DNA from: Bdellovibrionota bacterium
Lineage (GTDB): Bacteria; Bdellovibrionota; UBA1018; CAUJDS01
Length of the DNA: 32,000 nucleotides
Direction of reading: 5' to 3'
Assembly (NCBI GenBank): GCA_963169695.1
Contig: CAUJDS010000062.1
Span: forward strand, 75,022 to 107,021
The notes under the pieces are model-generated. The model saw only the letters and a program-made list of their open reading frames with translations, was not told the origin of the DNA and ran no database searches. Made by a program: the position numbers and the translations under genes. Shown here one piece after another: positions 9,446 to 17,987 of the stretch (within the stretch, counting starts at the first letter, position 1; each line of letters starts with the position of its first letter).

Positions 9446-10228
9446 CTATACTGCAAAGCTCTTCATAAGACTTCCAACCACCAATTCCCAACCATCCACA
9501 AGGACAAAGAGAAGGATCTTGAATGGCAAAGAGATCATCATAGGAGGAAGCATCATCATACCCATTGCCATAAGGACACTAGCTACGACCATATCCAGAA
9601 CCAGAAACGGCAGATACAACATGAATCCAATTTGAAAGGCAGTCTTCAATTCACTGATTACAAAAGCAGGAACCAGCGCATAAGTAGGAACTTCTGATCG
9701 GTTTTTGGGCTTGGCTTGCTTGGTCATGCCTAGAAAAAGTTCAAGGTCCTTTTCTCGTGTTTGGGCAAACATAAAGTCGCGAACTGGAACTTCTGCGAGT
9801 TTAAAAGCTGAACTTTGATCTAACTTTTCGTCTAAATAGGGCTGAAGCGCGGTGTCGTTGATCTTCTGCCAAGTGGGAGCCATAACAAAGAATGATAAAA
9901 ATAATGACAAGCCAACAATCAGTTGGTTAGGAGGCATCTGCTGAGTGCCGAGTGACTGACGGAGAAAACTCAGCACGACGACAATTCTGGTAAAAGAAGT
10001 CATCATTATAAGAATGGCCGGGGCAAGTGTCAGTACGGTCAGAAGAATGACTATCCTCAGAACGGACACCAACTCCGTTGGACTGGACCCATTGGGAAAG
10101 CTCATGCTGAAGTTCGGCAATCCTAGTCCACCAGCTACAGCAGATCCTTTCGATTGTGCGAAAGCTGATGCGGATAGGATTAATAGCCAACCCAGTAAGA
10201 AGGAAAGTTGCAGAAAGCGTTGCTTCAT
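9446..10228 (-). CDS. fliP: Flagellar export membrane protein FliP
   Basis: Signal peptide, MMTSFTRIVVVLSFLRQSLGTQQMPPNQLIVGLSLFLSFFVM, FMLYLPFLVLDMVVASVLMAMGMMMLPP. Confidence 0.98.
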   Translation of the reverse strand: MKQRFLQLSFLLGWLLILSASAFAQSKGSAVAGGLGLPNFSMSFPNGSSPTELVSVLRIVILLTVLTLAPAILIMMTSFTRIVVVLSFLRQSLGTQQMPPNQLIVGLSLFLSFFVMAPTWQKINDTALQPYLDEKLDQSSAFKLAEVPVRDFMFAQTREKDLELFLGMTKQAKPKNRSEVPTYALVPAFVISELKTAFQIGFMLYLPFLVLDMVVASVLMAMGMMMLPPMMISLPFKILLFVLVDGWELVVGSLMKSFAV

Positions 10229-11298
10229 AGTGATTTCATGCCTTCCATTCGCCGTCGAATACGCTCTCTTACAGAGGCCGAACCCTTGAGAGGGGTTTTA
10301 GGAGCATAATGGTCATGACTACTGACAAGAAGGTCGGCAAAAGAAGCTGAGCCAGCTGAAGTTGCTCCACTTGGAGCTTTTGCATTCTCAATAAAAGATT
10401 CCTCTTCTTTTTCTTCCTCTGACGAATGGTCGGTACTAATGAGATTGATACTTCCATTGGAGATTCCAAGGACCATTCTCTTTGTACCAATTTCTACAAC
10501 AGCGATCTGCGCGTTGGGACCGAGGGACTGAGTGGCAACAATTCGAATGTTTCCGGGCGCATTTCCATCTTGCGGAACCCAGCGCGTGAGCCATTTAAAT
10601 ATTCTTTGGTGGGATCGCCGACTCTCGCCCTTATGCTTAGTCTTTGATGCCTTCTTAAGAAAAGCTGCCACGAATACAAAGGCCATTATCACAATGAGAA
10701 GTAAAACGAGGATTCGTAGAGGAGATCCTTCTTCTTTTTTTAAACCGAGCGAAGTCGTGGACCCAGACGAAAGGTCTTTATTCAACACTTCCTTGAGAAG
10801 TGCCTTGTCGGTTAGAGAGACCGTAGGACTTACGAATTCGTTAGAAGGGGCGGGAGCCTTCATAGCCTGAGCTGCCTGAACACTAATCTTGTCACTCAGA
10901 ACGCGATCATTGGGCAAGTGAATGGAAAGTGTTCGTCCATTTAGGCTTACTTTGACTTGAGATTGCAATTGCTCGGCATTGCCTTTAACGGTCAGTCGGC
11001 ACCGCACCACGTTGGGAGTGTATTGGTAAGCAAATATTTTGCTAACCACACCCTCTTCGACGTTTACTATTTTAGCTGGATAAGTAGCGACTTCATCAAA
11101 AGAAACCTGGACGATATCTCGAAAAAACTCCGTCTTAAATTGGCTCTTTTTTAAGGCCCGGTCAAAAGACAGTTCAATGCGATTGGGCTCAGCAACTTTG
11201 ACCTCCCGTAAGATACTCATCGACCAGGCCTGACTTGCAGGATATGCAACCCAAAGGATGCCTAACCAAAACCACCGAAAACTTCCTGTTCCCATCAT
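10225..11298 (-). CDS. fliO: FliO-like flagellar export protein with an N-terminal periplasmic AMIN-like domain
   Basis: Signal peptide, beta-rich ~120-aa domain, then TM (ILVLLLIVIMAFVFVAAFL) and FliO-like cytoplasmic IRIVATQSLGPNAQIAVVEIGTKRMVLGISNGSINLI. Located between fliP and fliN. Confidence 0.85.
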   Translation of the reverse strand: MMGTGSFRWFWLGILWVAYPASQAWSMSILREVKVAEPNRIELSFDRALKKSQFKTEFFRDIVQVSFDEVATYPAKIVNVEEGVVSKIFAYQYTPNVVRCRLTVKGNAEQLQSQVKVSLNGRTLSIHLPNDRVLSDKISVQAAQAMKAPAPSNEFVSPTVSLTDKALLKEVLNKDLSSGSTTSLGLKKEEGSPLRILVLLLIVIMAFVFVAAFLKKASKTKHKGESRRSHQRIFKWLTRWVPQDGNAPGNIRIVATQSLGPNAQIAVVEIGTKRMVLGISNGSINLISTDHSSEEEKEEESFIENAKAPSGATSAGSASFADLLVSSHDHYAPKTPLKGSASVRERIRRRMEGMKSL

Positions 11299-11331
11299 AC
11301 CGCCGTCCTGGCTTAAGTCAGCTTCGCAATC

Positions 11332-11727
11332 CTAGCGAAGCTGTTCAATTCTTTCTACTGGTGAAATAATATCTGTTAGCCTGATTCCAAATTTTTCGTT
11401 TACGACTACGACTTCACCGCGCGCAACTAGCTTTTCATTGACGAGAACCTCAAGTGGCTCGCCTGCCAATTTGCTCAATTCCACTACTGACCCTTGCCCG
11501 AGTTCTAGGATTTCTCGAATAGACATTCTGGTTCTACCAAGTTCCACAGTGAGGCGGAGAGGAATATCCAAAATGAAGTCGAGCGACTGAACTGGGCCCG
11601 TCGGAGCCTCGTTCCCTCCCCCTGGGGAAGGTGTCGGGACGCCGGATGGAGGCGCCGAGCCCGCTACCGCTGCTGCCGCTTCGGCTACTCCAGACATATC
11701 GATATTTGGTTCACCTGCCATTTGCAC
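11332..11727 (-). CDS. fliN: Flagellar motor switch protein FliN
   Basis: SpoA domain: LDFILDIPLRLTVELGRTRMSIREILELGQGSVVELSKLAGEPLEVLVNEKLVARGEVVVVNEKFGIRLTDI. Confidence 0.97.
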   Translation of the reverse strand: MQMAGEPNIDMSGVAEAAAAVAGSAPPSGVPTPSPGGGNEAPTGPVQSLDFILDIPLRLTVELGRTRMSIREILELGQGSVVELSKLAGEPLEVLVNEKLVARGEVVVVNEKFGIRLTDIISPVERIEQLR

Positions 11728-11733
11728 TCCTCA

Positions 11734-12783
11734 CTAAGCTTCTTCGTCGATGACGCGTGTTATCTGTACCGCACGACTACCGCGCGATATTCCAAAAAAA
11801 GACTTAAACTTGGCTACGCCCTGTACCGTAACATTAAGCTCCGCATCAGAGTCCTGCTCCAATGGAATGATATCGCCAATATTGAGATTAACCAAATCTG
11901 ATACGGTGATTGTGGCTTCTCCCAATACTACCGACATATCCGCGCGTGTGTGCCGAATGTGGTATTCAACTTTCTCAGTCCACTCACGATCAACCTTGTC
12001 GGTCTCTGCTTGAAAGGACTGATTGAGTTTATTCTTGATGGGCTCAATCGTACTGTAAGGAATGACTAAGGCAATGGTACCGCTGGCATTTTCTAATTCC
12101 ACTTCGAACGTCGTAGAAATGATAACGTCGGAAGGAGGAACGACGCCGACAAATTGAGGATTCACTTCAATTCGATTAAAAGAAACATCGACGCGATGTA
12201 CGGGAGCCCAAGCCTCTTCGAGATCCTTCAGGCCGAGATCCATGACTTTTCGCATGATTGAAAGTTCGATACGTGTAAACTCTTTACCTTCAATCTTAGA
12301 ATACGGGCGATCGGTCCCACCGAAATAACTATCAACTAATGCGTAAGCGAGCTTGGATTCAAATACCAGCAATGCTGGACCTCTTAAGCTCTCGAAACGC
12401 ATAATGCACATGCAACTCGGGATGGGAAGGGTGTTTACGAATTCACCAAACTTTAAAAGATCCGTTGAAATAATACTGATTGCCGCAATTTTTCGTAAGG
12501 AGTTGGAAAGTGACATTCGAAAGAGACGAATAAATCGCTCGTAGATAATATCCAACGTCGGCATTCTACCACGAATGACTCGGTCTTGATTGGTAAGGTC
12601 ATAAGGAGTGACTTCAGGTTCAGCTTCATCGCTGACATTGCCGCCTGCAGATGAAATATCGCCTAATGCACCGGTCGGTGCGCCGCCACCAGCGGCTGCC
12701 CCAGCACCAGGTGCGCCGGATTCTCCATCCGATACGGCACTAAGGAGTGCGTCTACTTCTGCTTGTGTCAGTACCTGATTCAT
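11734..12783 (-). CDS. fliM: Flagellar motor switch protein FliM
   Basis: CheY-binding-type N-terminus LTQAEVDALLSAV; FGEFVNTLPIPSCM-like core (FGEFVNTLPIPSCMCIMRFESLRGPALLVFE); C-terminal SpoA domain. Confidence 0.97.
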   Translation of the reverse strand: MNQVLTQAEVDALLSAVSDGESGAPGAGAAAGGGAPTGALGDISSAGGNVSDEAEPEVTPYDLTNQDRVIRGRMPTLDIIYERFIRLFRMSLSNSLRKIAAISIISTDLLKFGEFVNTLPIPSCMCIMRFESLRGPALLVFESKLAYALVDSYFGGTDRPYSKIEGKEFTRIELSIMRKVMDLGLKDLEEAWAPVHRVDVSFNRIEVNPQFVGVVPPSDVIISTTFEVELENASGTIALVIPYSTIEPIKNKLNQSFQAETDKVDREWTEKVEYHIRHTRADMSVVLGEATITVSDLVNLNIGDIIPLEQDSDAELNVTVQGVAKFKSFFGISRGSRAVQITRVIDEEA

Positions 12784-12808
12784 AGTTTCGTCCTAGTTAC
12801 CTTCCTTA

Positions 12809-13456
12809 CTAACTGCTTAAAGCAAAACTGGTAAAGAAGACTCCCCTCACTTTTCCCGTAACAATAAAACTATTGAGTGCATTTTGGATTTGTTCCTTGA
12901 GAAGGTTTCGACTTTCTGGAGTTTGAAGATCCGATGGTTGCTTACTGTTGAAAAGATCAATGATGGTGTTTCTTACTTGGGGCATCTTTTGATTCACTTC
13001 AAGCTCAGTATCTTCGGATGGCACTTCGATAGACAAACTGACTCTCGCAAATTTAGGCTTCACCGTTCCTGTCGTCGCCAGATTGACCGTGAATTGCTCC
13101 AAAGAAATCATTTTACCAAAGTTGTGGTTGGTTTTTGCTTCTGACTTTGCACCGCCATGCCCGCCGCCGTGCTCTCCACCTTTGGCTTCGCTCTTGCCAC
13201 CACCATGCTCGCCGCCCTTGGCCTCGCCGTGGCCACCTCCGTGTCCACCTTCAGCTTCGGGACTGTCTCCTTCGGTAGCCATATCCTCTACTCGAGGGGC
13301 TGATTGTTCTTTTTTAAAGCCCAGAAATACAACAATGGCTATTCCTAACGAAATAACGACATTGGTAATGGTAAGAATCGTTACGAGCTTATTACTCCCA
13401 CCCGATTCTTCTTCCTCTTGCTCTTCTGCCGCTGGTTGTTGCCCTTCTTCAGCCAT
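12809..13456 (-). CDS. fliL: Flagellar basal body-associated protein FliL with a His/Gly-rich linker (track start 13519)
   Basis: Single TM then FTVNLATTGTVKPKFARVSLSIEV...EVNQKMPQVRNTIIDLFNSKQPSDLQTPESRNLLKEQIQNALN. ATG at 13456 (MAEEGQQ) has an upstream GGGGAGG. Confidence 0.9.
   Translation of the reverse strand: MAEEGQQPAAEEQEEEESGGSNKLVTILTITNVVISLGIAIVVFLGFKKEQSAPRVEDMATEGDSPEAEGGHGGGHGEAKGGEHGGGKSEAKGGEHGGGHGGAKSEAKTNHNFGKMISLEQFTVNLATTGTVKPKFARVSLSIEVPSEDTELEVNQKMPQVRNTIIDLFNSKQPSDLQTPESRNLLKEQIQNALNSFIVTGKVRGVFFTSFALSS
13141..13265 (-). repeat. In-frame imperfect repeat encoding a Gly/His/Lys/Glu-rich linker
   Basis: Encodes EGGHGGGHGEAKGGEHGGGKSEAKGGEHGGGHGGAKSEAK, with AKGGEHGGG twice and KSEAK twice. 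Confidence 0.8.
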
Positions 13457-13546
13457 TTTCCGCGCATCCTCCCCTACCCAATATTGTGCATGGGGAGAAT
13501 TTTCCGAACAAGTCGGCAAAAGAGACCGGGTTAGCTAATCTGAATG

Positions 13547-13588
13547 GAGGCAGCTGGGTGTCATCCATTTGACGACACCCAGCTCCTC
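13547..13588 (-). other. Strong intergenic hairpin between the flgE stop and fliL, no U-tract
   Basis: AGCTGGGTGTC (13552-13562) and GACACCCAGCT (13574-13584) are exact inverted repeats, extended by GAGG/CCTC across a one-nt bulge. Confidence 0.75.
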
Positions 13589-13595
13589 AAGAGAA

Positions 13596-14876
13596 TTAAG
13601 TACGAATATTGAGGACTTCTTGCATCATTTCGTCGGAGGTCTTAACCACTCGAGTATTTGCTTGGAAGTTTCGTTGCGCACCCATCAAATTGATGAATTC
13701 ATTCGCAATGTCCGTAGTAGAGGACTCAATAGACTTCGGTTGAATCGACCCGCGACCCCCTGTAGTAGGAGATCCAATGGTCGGTTGACCTGATAAACGA
13801 CTCTCTCGAAATCGATTTCCACCCATTTTGAACATCCCTTCAGGATTCTCAAACTTGGCTAAAACCAATTGTGCGAGATTGACGTTTTCACCGTTACTAA
13901 AAACGGCCGTCAAAGTTCCGTCATCATTGAAGGTCAAACCCTTCAACGTACCCGCAGTGTATCCATCCTGAGTCGTCTTATACGCCTCAGAAGCGGTACC
14001 GAAGGTTGTCACCTGGGTACCATCGCCACCAGCTGTTTTATCGTTTCCGAAATCAAAACGAATGTTTTGCTCAGGCGCCGCGCCCTTAGTGAAATTAAAG
14101 GCCGACTGGTCGGTCGTTTGAGAAAGCAGACCGCCATCACCATCGAAGGTCAATACCCCAGACGCCTGTTGGGCCATCTTACCAGGTTCAGCTCCAACGA
14201 TTTCTTCTCCTTTGGCCATTGCCCGCCATCTCCACACACGATCATCCTCTTTGTTGAAATAAAGAGTAACCACGTGAGCGGTACCGGCCGAGTCATAAAC
14301 AGTTGCCCCCGTCGCAAAATGTGCGGTTTCATCTGGACGAAGGGGATCAAACTGCAAACTCTTCTCCGCCTTGAGATCCAGGTTCATAAACATATTCACC
14401 TGGTCAGTTTTCTTCGCGTCGATTACAGTTCGATCAACTGATATATTGCCAAGCTTAGACGTAATTCGACCATTCTTATCTGCTTGAAACCCTAGAACGT
14501 GGAATCCATCAGCGTTGATTAGCTTTCCGTCTTTATCAAAGTGAAAAGATCCATTCCGGCTATAACTTCTGCCATCGATACCTTCCATTGCGAAGAAGCC
14601 ATCTCCTTGAATAGCAATATCGGTGGCGGAATCGGTCTGGATGACTGATCCCTGAGAGAAAATCGGATTTACTGCTTGTAAGCGAACACCACTACCTATT
14701 TGGTTACCACCCAGAAGTCCCTTGAGTGATTTTGCAACCACGTCAGAAAACTCTGGTCGACTGACCTTGAAGCCATTGGTGTTTGCGTTGGCTAGGTTGT
14801 CGGCGTAAATCGACAGAGCCTCACCTTGTCCACGAAGTCCGGTTATACCGGTATAGAGAGACGATAGAATACCCAT
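13596..14876 (-). CDS. flgE: Flagellar hook protein FlgE
   Basis: MGILSSLYTGITGLRGQGEALSIYADNLANANTNGFK...; C-terminal ESSTTDIANEFINLMGAQRNFQANTRVVKTSDEMMQEVLNI. Upstream AAGGAGG RBS. Confidence 0.97.
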   Translation of the reverse strand: MGILSSLYTGITGLRGQGEALSIYADNLANANTNGFKVSRPEFSDVVAKSLKGLLGGNQIGSGVRLQAVNPIFSQGSVIQTDSATDIAIQGDGFFAMEGIDGRSYSRNGSFHFDKDGKLINADGFHVLGFQADKNGRITSKLGNISVDRTVIDAKKTDQVNMFMNLDLKAEKSLQFDPLRPDETAHFATGATVYDSAGTAHVVTLYFNKEDDRVWRWRAMAKGEEIVGAEPGKMAQQASGVLTFDGDGGLLSQTTDQSAFNFTKGAAPEQNIRFDFGNDKTAGGDGTQVTTFGTASEAYKTTQDGYTAGTLKGLTFNDDGTLTAVFSNGENVNLAQLVLAKFENPEGMFKMGGNRFRESRLSGQPTIGSPTTGGRGSIQPKSIESSTTDIANEFINLMGAQRNFQANTRVVKTSDEMMQEVLNIRT

Positions 14877-14982
14877 ATCAGGACGCCTCCTTGCGTCTTA
14901 CAGGTTATAAGTCAATGCCAACTCCTCAATCCATCAGAGTCGGCTAGGCTTCCCGATAGGGTCCAGCCTATTTCCTCACCAT

Positions 14983-15417
14983 CTAACTCACAACAACCGC
15001 GCCATCAATGTTCGTAAAAACATTTTCGGCTAAATTGTTGCGATCCATTGCAGTCACTACAGTTCTATTCTTCACATTCACAATAAAAGCTGCGTCGGGT
15101 GTAATGACTAATGTATCCTCGACGCCCTTACTTGCTGCTCGATCAATTGCTCCACTCATTTTTTGCATCAATTTCGGGCTTACCTCAATGTTACGATCTT
15201 TCAAACGCTGCATTGCATGACCCGAAAACTTCAAAGATTGTTTAACTTCATTAAGGTCTAAAGCCTGCTGCTGGCTGGCAAGCTGATCCAACAATTGATC
15301 AAATTCAGCCGGTCCATTCTTTTTAGGACCCTGAGGACCAGCCCCACGATCCATCTCTGTTCTGGGCTTAATTGGCCCAGTCACATTGGGATAGAGCACT
15401 GCTTTTCCAATACTCAT
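14983..15417 (-). CDS. TIGR02530-like flagellar operon protein
   Basis: LKFSGHAMQRLKDRNIEVSPKLMQKMSGAIDRAASKGVEDTLVITPDAAFIVNVKNRTVVTAMDRNNLAENVFTNIDGAVVV. Located between flgD and flgE. Confidence 0.85.
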   Translation of the reverse strand: MSIGKAVLYPNVTGPIKPRTEMDRGAGPQGPKKNGPAEFDQLLDQLASQQQALDLNEVKQSLKFSGHAMQRLKDRNIEVSPKLMQKMSGAIDRAASKGVEDTLVITPDAAFIVNVKNRTVVTAMDRNNLAENVFTNIDGAVVVS

Positions 15418-16352
15418 GGCTTGTCACCTAACCCATTTGGAAATCCCTTAGTCACTGGCCGCTCGGCATGTTGTGCTTCGGGTTGCTTGTAACTCTTCAG
15501 AATATTTGCCACGGCAGGCTCCAAGTTATCGGGCCCAATGGCAGTTGAGCCTTTGCCCTTCTCAAAACCGAAAAACTTCTTCGTTGGATTATTGTCAATC
15601 AATCCCATTGGTTCGGTACTTCCGCCACCTGAGGCGGGTTGAGAATCCGCCGTCTCTACGCTAAGGATACTCTCGAAGCCGATTCGCTTTTGCTGCTTAG
15701 CATCTCCGACAAGAAAGAACGGCTCACTACCTTCAAAACTCACACCTATAATCTTAGATCGTGCGAGAGTACTCATTTGCACTGGGAGACCTTTTTCATT
15801 TTCCGCCTCGAAACGGACCGTGTAGTTTCCGTTGAGAGCGTCCGTGGTATTGGATTTCTTTCCGTCCCAGTTGATCGTATTAACGCCTGGCTTCATGTTG
15901 CCAAGTTCTTTCTCTAGTACGATTTCGCCCTTATCAGAAATGATCTGTAATTTTCCCTTGGCAATTTCTTCAGAGACCTTGAACTGAATGGAATCGACTT
16001 TACCTTGGACATGAACAAATCTATTTTCATCAATCGTAGCAATTTTTCCAATGAGATTGGTCATATTCATTCGTTCAAGAGGACGATTATTTTCCGTCAT
16101 CTTCTTCAGTGCGCTATTGACGTTTTGAAGCTGCTCCACCGATGTCATCTGCGCAATCTGAGCAGCCAGCTTATCGGCATCCATAGGACTGGTGGGATCC
16201 TGATGTTGCATCTGTGTAACCATGATTTTAAGAAAGTCATCCTTATCAAGCTGTTTATGGAGCTTTCGTTGCTCCTTTGGCTTCTCACCATACTTGGCTT
16301 GAATTTCTTTCCAAATGTTTCCATCGGTTTGATGGCTCGGCAACGTTTCCAA
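15414..16352 (-). CDS. flgD: Flagellar hook assembly scaffold protein FlgD
   Basis: LDKDDFLKIMVTQMQHQDPTSPMDADKLAAQIAQMTSVEQLQNVN. TTG start preceded by AGGGG. Confidence 0.95.
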   Translation of the reverse strand: METLPSHQTDGNIWKEIQAKYGEKPKEQRKLHKQLDKDDFLKIMVTQMQHQDPTSPMDADKLAAQIAQMTSVEQLQNVNSALKKMTENNRPLERMNMTNLIGKIATIDENRFVHVQGKVDSIQFKVSEEIAKGKLQIISDKGEIVLEKELGNMKPGVNTINWDGKKSNTTDALNGNYTVRFEAENEKGLPVQMSTLARSKIIGVSFEGSEPFFLVGDAKQQKRIGFESILSVETADSQPASGGGSTEPMGLIDNNPTKKFFGFEKGKGSTAIGPDNLEPAVANILKSYKQPEAQHAERPVTKGFPNGLGDKP

Positions 16353-16373
16353 AAAATCCCCTAATCTTTATAA

Positions 16374-16400
16374 AACCCCGAGGCATCGAGCCTCGGGGTT
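16374..16400. terminator. Perfect 11-bp hairpin, bidirectional rho-independent terminator-like, between fliK and flgD
   Basis: AACCCCGAGGC-ATCGA-GCCTCGGGGTT. Followed by CTTTTA on the plus strand and by TTAT on the minus strand after the terminal TT of the stem. Confidence 0.85.
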
Positions 16401-16409
16401 CTTTTATCA

Positions 16410-17987
16410 CTAAGCAATGACATCCAGTCTCTGGTTAAGCAAAGGTGTCGCCACCTTTCTCTCTGAGTGACCTTTGGTCAAATACTCTTTTGATTCTTGT
16501 CGCAATCCTTGATGGCCTTGCCGCTCTCTCTCTTGTTGTCCAGAAGGCTGATTCCATGAGTTGTTGGAATGATCACCCAACGATCCCATGAAGTCCTGCC
16601 TGTCAGGCATTGGAGCAGAAGACGGCGTCACATGGAAATCTACCTTCGAGAGCACTAGATTCTGACTGGCCAATTTCTCCGTCAAAGAAGAGAGGCTTTC
16701 CTCTAGGATCTTCCTTGAACCTTCGTCGGCTGCCGTAATCCTTAACCCTACGCGATTTCCAAAGGTGGTGACCTTGAGACTAACTTCTCCAAGGCTTTCA
16801 GGCTTAAGACGGATATGAACTTCACCTCCGCCCGTACCTGCCACTTGACGAATCTCTTGACCCAAATTCATCAGGCTTTCTGAAGACAAACGATTCTGCG
16901 CCATTGATCCCTGCACAACATGACCCACTACTTCCGACGGAGCCGGCCTTACAGGGTTTATTCCCCCTTCAGTAGCGAGGCTGTGCTGAGCCTGGATGGC
17001 CTGAGCCGTCGGCGAAAGAACATCTTCCACTGGAAGGAATTCTTTTTTCGAACGGTCCTGCAAGATTCCAATCTCTTGAGTCCCCGCAGAATTTCCTGGC
17101 AGATAGTTTTGGGCCAAAAACTCCTTAGCAGGAATCCCTTTAGTAAGAGGCAGCGGTTCAACAGTATCTCTTACAGACCTGGACTGATCCATGGCCTTCA
17201 GAAATTCCATTCCTCCCATGGGGCTCTTGATGGGCCCACTGGGACGCCCCTCTGACTTAGGATTGGGCTGAGCGAGAATCGCAACAGGCATAGATTCTGC
17301 CTGATAGAGTCCCTGAAGTTCTTTCAGAGCCGAAAGCGGAACTTCTTGCTGACGTGCTATCTCCATTGGCCGAGCTTCTGGGTTTGTAATAACCGCATTA
17401 GAATGACTTCCCTGAGAAGGGGCCTTGCCTTGTAAATGAGGCAAACTCGCGAGCAATTGTTCTAATTCTGGTGAAACAGCTGCTGGGGCTTTTCCTTCTA
17501 TCTTGGGTCCGGCCTTTTCTAATTCCGCGTTCGTGCGGATGCTTGGCTTAGGCGATATTCCATCTGCCAGTACCTGGCTTGGTACAAGGCCATCTGCTAC
17601 TTTGAGGTCAGGTTTGCTGGTTTTAGGAACAGGTTCCTTTCCAGCCGCAACTTCCATTGAGGCGGCCTTGACGGGCGCTTCCTCCGAAATCACTTCTCGT
17701 GGAATCAAAGTAGGCTGAGGCATTTGTACAACCACGGACTGAGCAAGATTCACCGGAGATCCAGAGGTTGGTACCTCTTCCTTCGGTGCAATCCACTGTG
17801 GCTGCTGAATCATTGTTATCAGCGGCAATGCGTCTTCCTCTACTTTTTTGAGCGCTTGCTCAAAAGAAGCATTGGACTCCGAATCGGACGCCTTAGACAA
17901 TGCTAGATCTTGCAGGTTCTCAATAGCCTGAGACTGTACTTGTGAAACAGGTACAGTCGGTATGTTGAGATTACCCATTAGATCCAT
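16410..17987 (-). CDS. fliK: Flagellar hook-length control protein FliK
   Basis: Long low-conservation N-terminus and FliK C-terminal domain: GGGEVHIRLKPESLGEVSLKVTTFGNRVGLRITAADEGSRKILEESLSSLTEKLASQNL. Confidence 0.92.
   Translation of the reverse strand: MDLMGNLNIPTVPVSQVQSQAIENLQDLALSKASDSESNASFEQALKKVEEDALPLITMIQQPQWIAPKEEVPTSGSPVNLAQSVVVQMPQPTLIPREVISEEAPVKAASMEVAAGKEPVPKTSKPDLKVADGLVPSQVLADGISPKPSIRTNAELEKAGPKIEGKAPAAVSPELEQLLASLPHLQGKAPSQGSHSNAVITNPEARPMEIARQQEVPLSALKELQGLYQAESMPVAILAQPNPKSEGRPSGPIKSPMGGMEFLKAMDQSRSVRDTVEPLPLTKGIPAKEFLAQNYLPGNSAGTQEIGILQDRSKKEFLPVEDVLSPTAQAIQAQHSLATEGGINPVRPAPSEVVGHVVQGSMAQNRLSSESLMNLGQEIRQVAGTGGGEVHIRLKPESLGEVSLKVTTFGNRVGLRITAADEGSRKILEESLSSLTEKLASQNLVLSKVDFHVTPSSAPMPDRQDFMGSLGDHSNNSWNQPSGQQERERQGHQGLRQESKEYLTKGHSERKVATPLLNQRLDVIA

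Noticed and set aside
13496-13532. Possible sigma28 promoter upstream of fliL (minus strand CTAA-N13-GCCGACTT)
   Set aside because: The -10-like GCCGACTT is suggestive, but spacing to CTAA is 13 rather than ~15 and the -35 match is poor. Not enough to call.
13083-13538. 151-aa plus-strand Pro/Ser-rich ORF antisense to fliL
   Set aside because: The Pro-rich sequence (PPCPPPCSPPLA) is simply the antisense reading of the Gly/His linker repeat.
13869-14441. 190-aa plus-strand ORF antisense to flgE
   Set aside because: Antisense shadow of a highly conserved hook gene, with no RBS or plausible protein features. Long shadow ORFs are common over conserved genes.
14945-14970. 6-bp inverted repeat TAGGCT...AGCCTA in the 106-bp gap upstream of flgE
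   Set aside because: Too short and with a 14-nt loop. Expected by chance. I also saw no sigma54 GG-N10-GC match in this gap.
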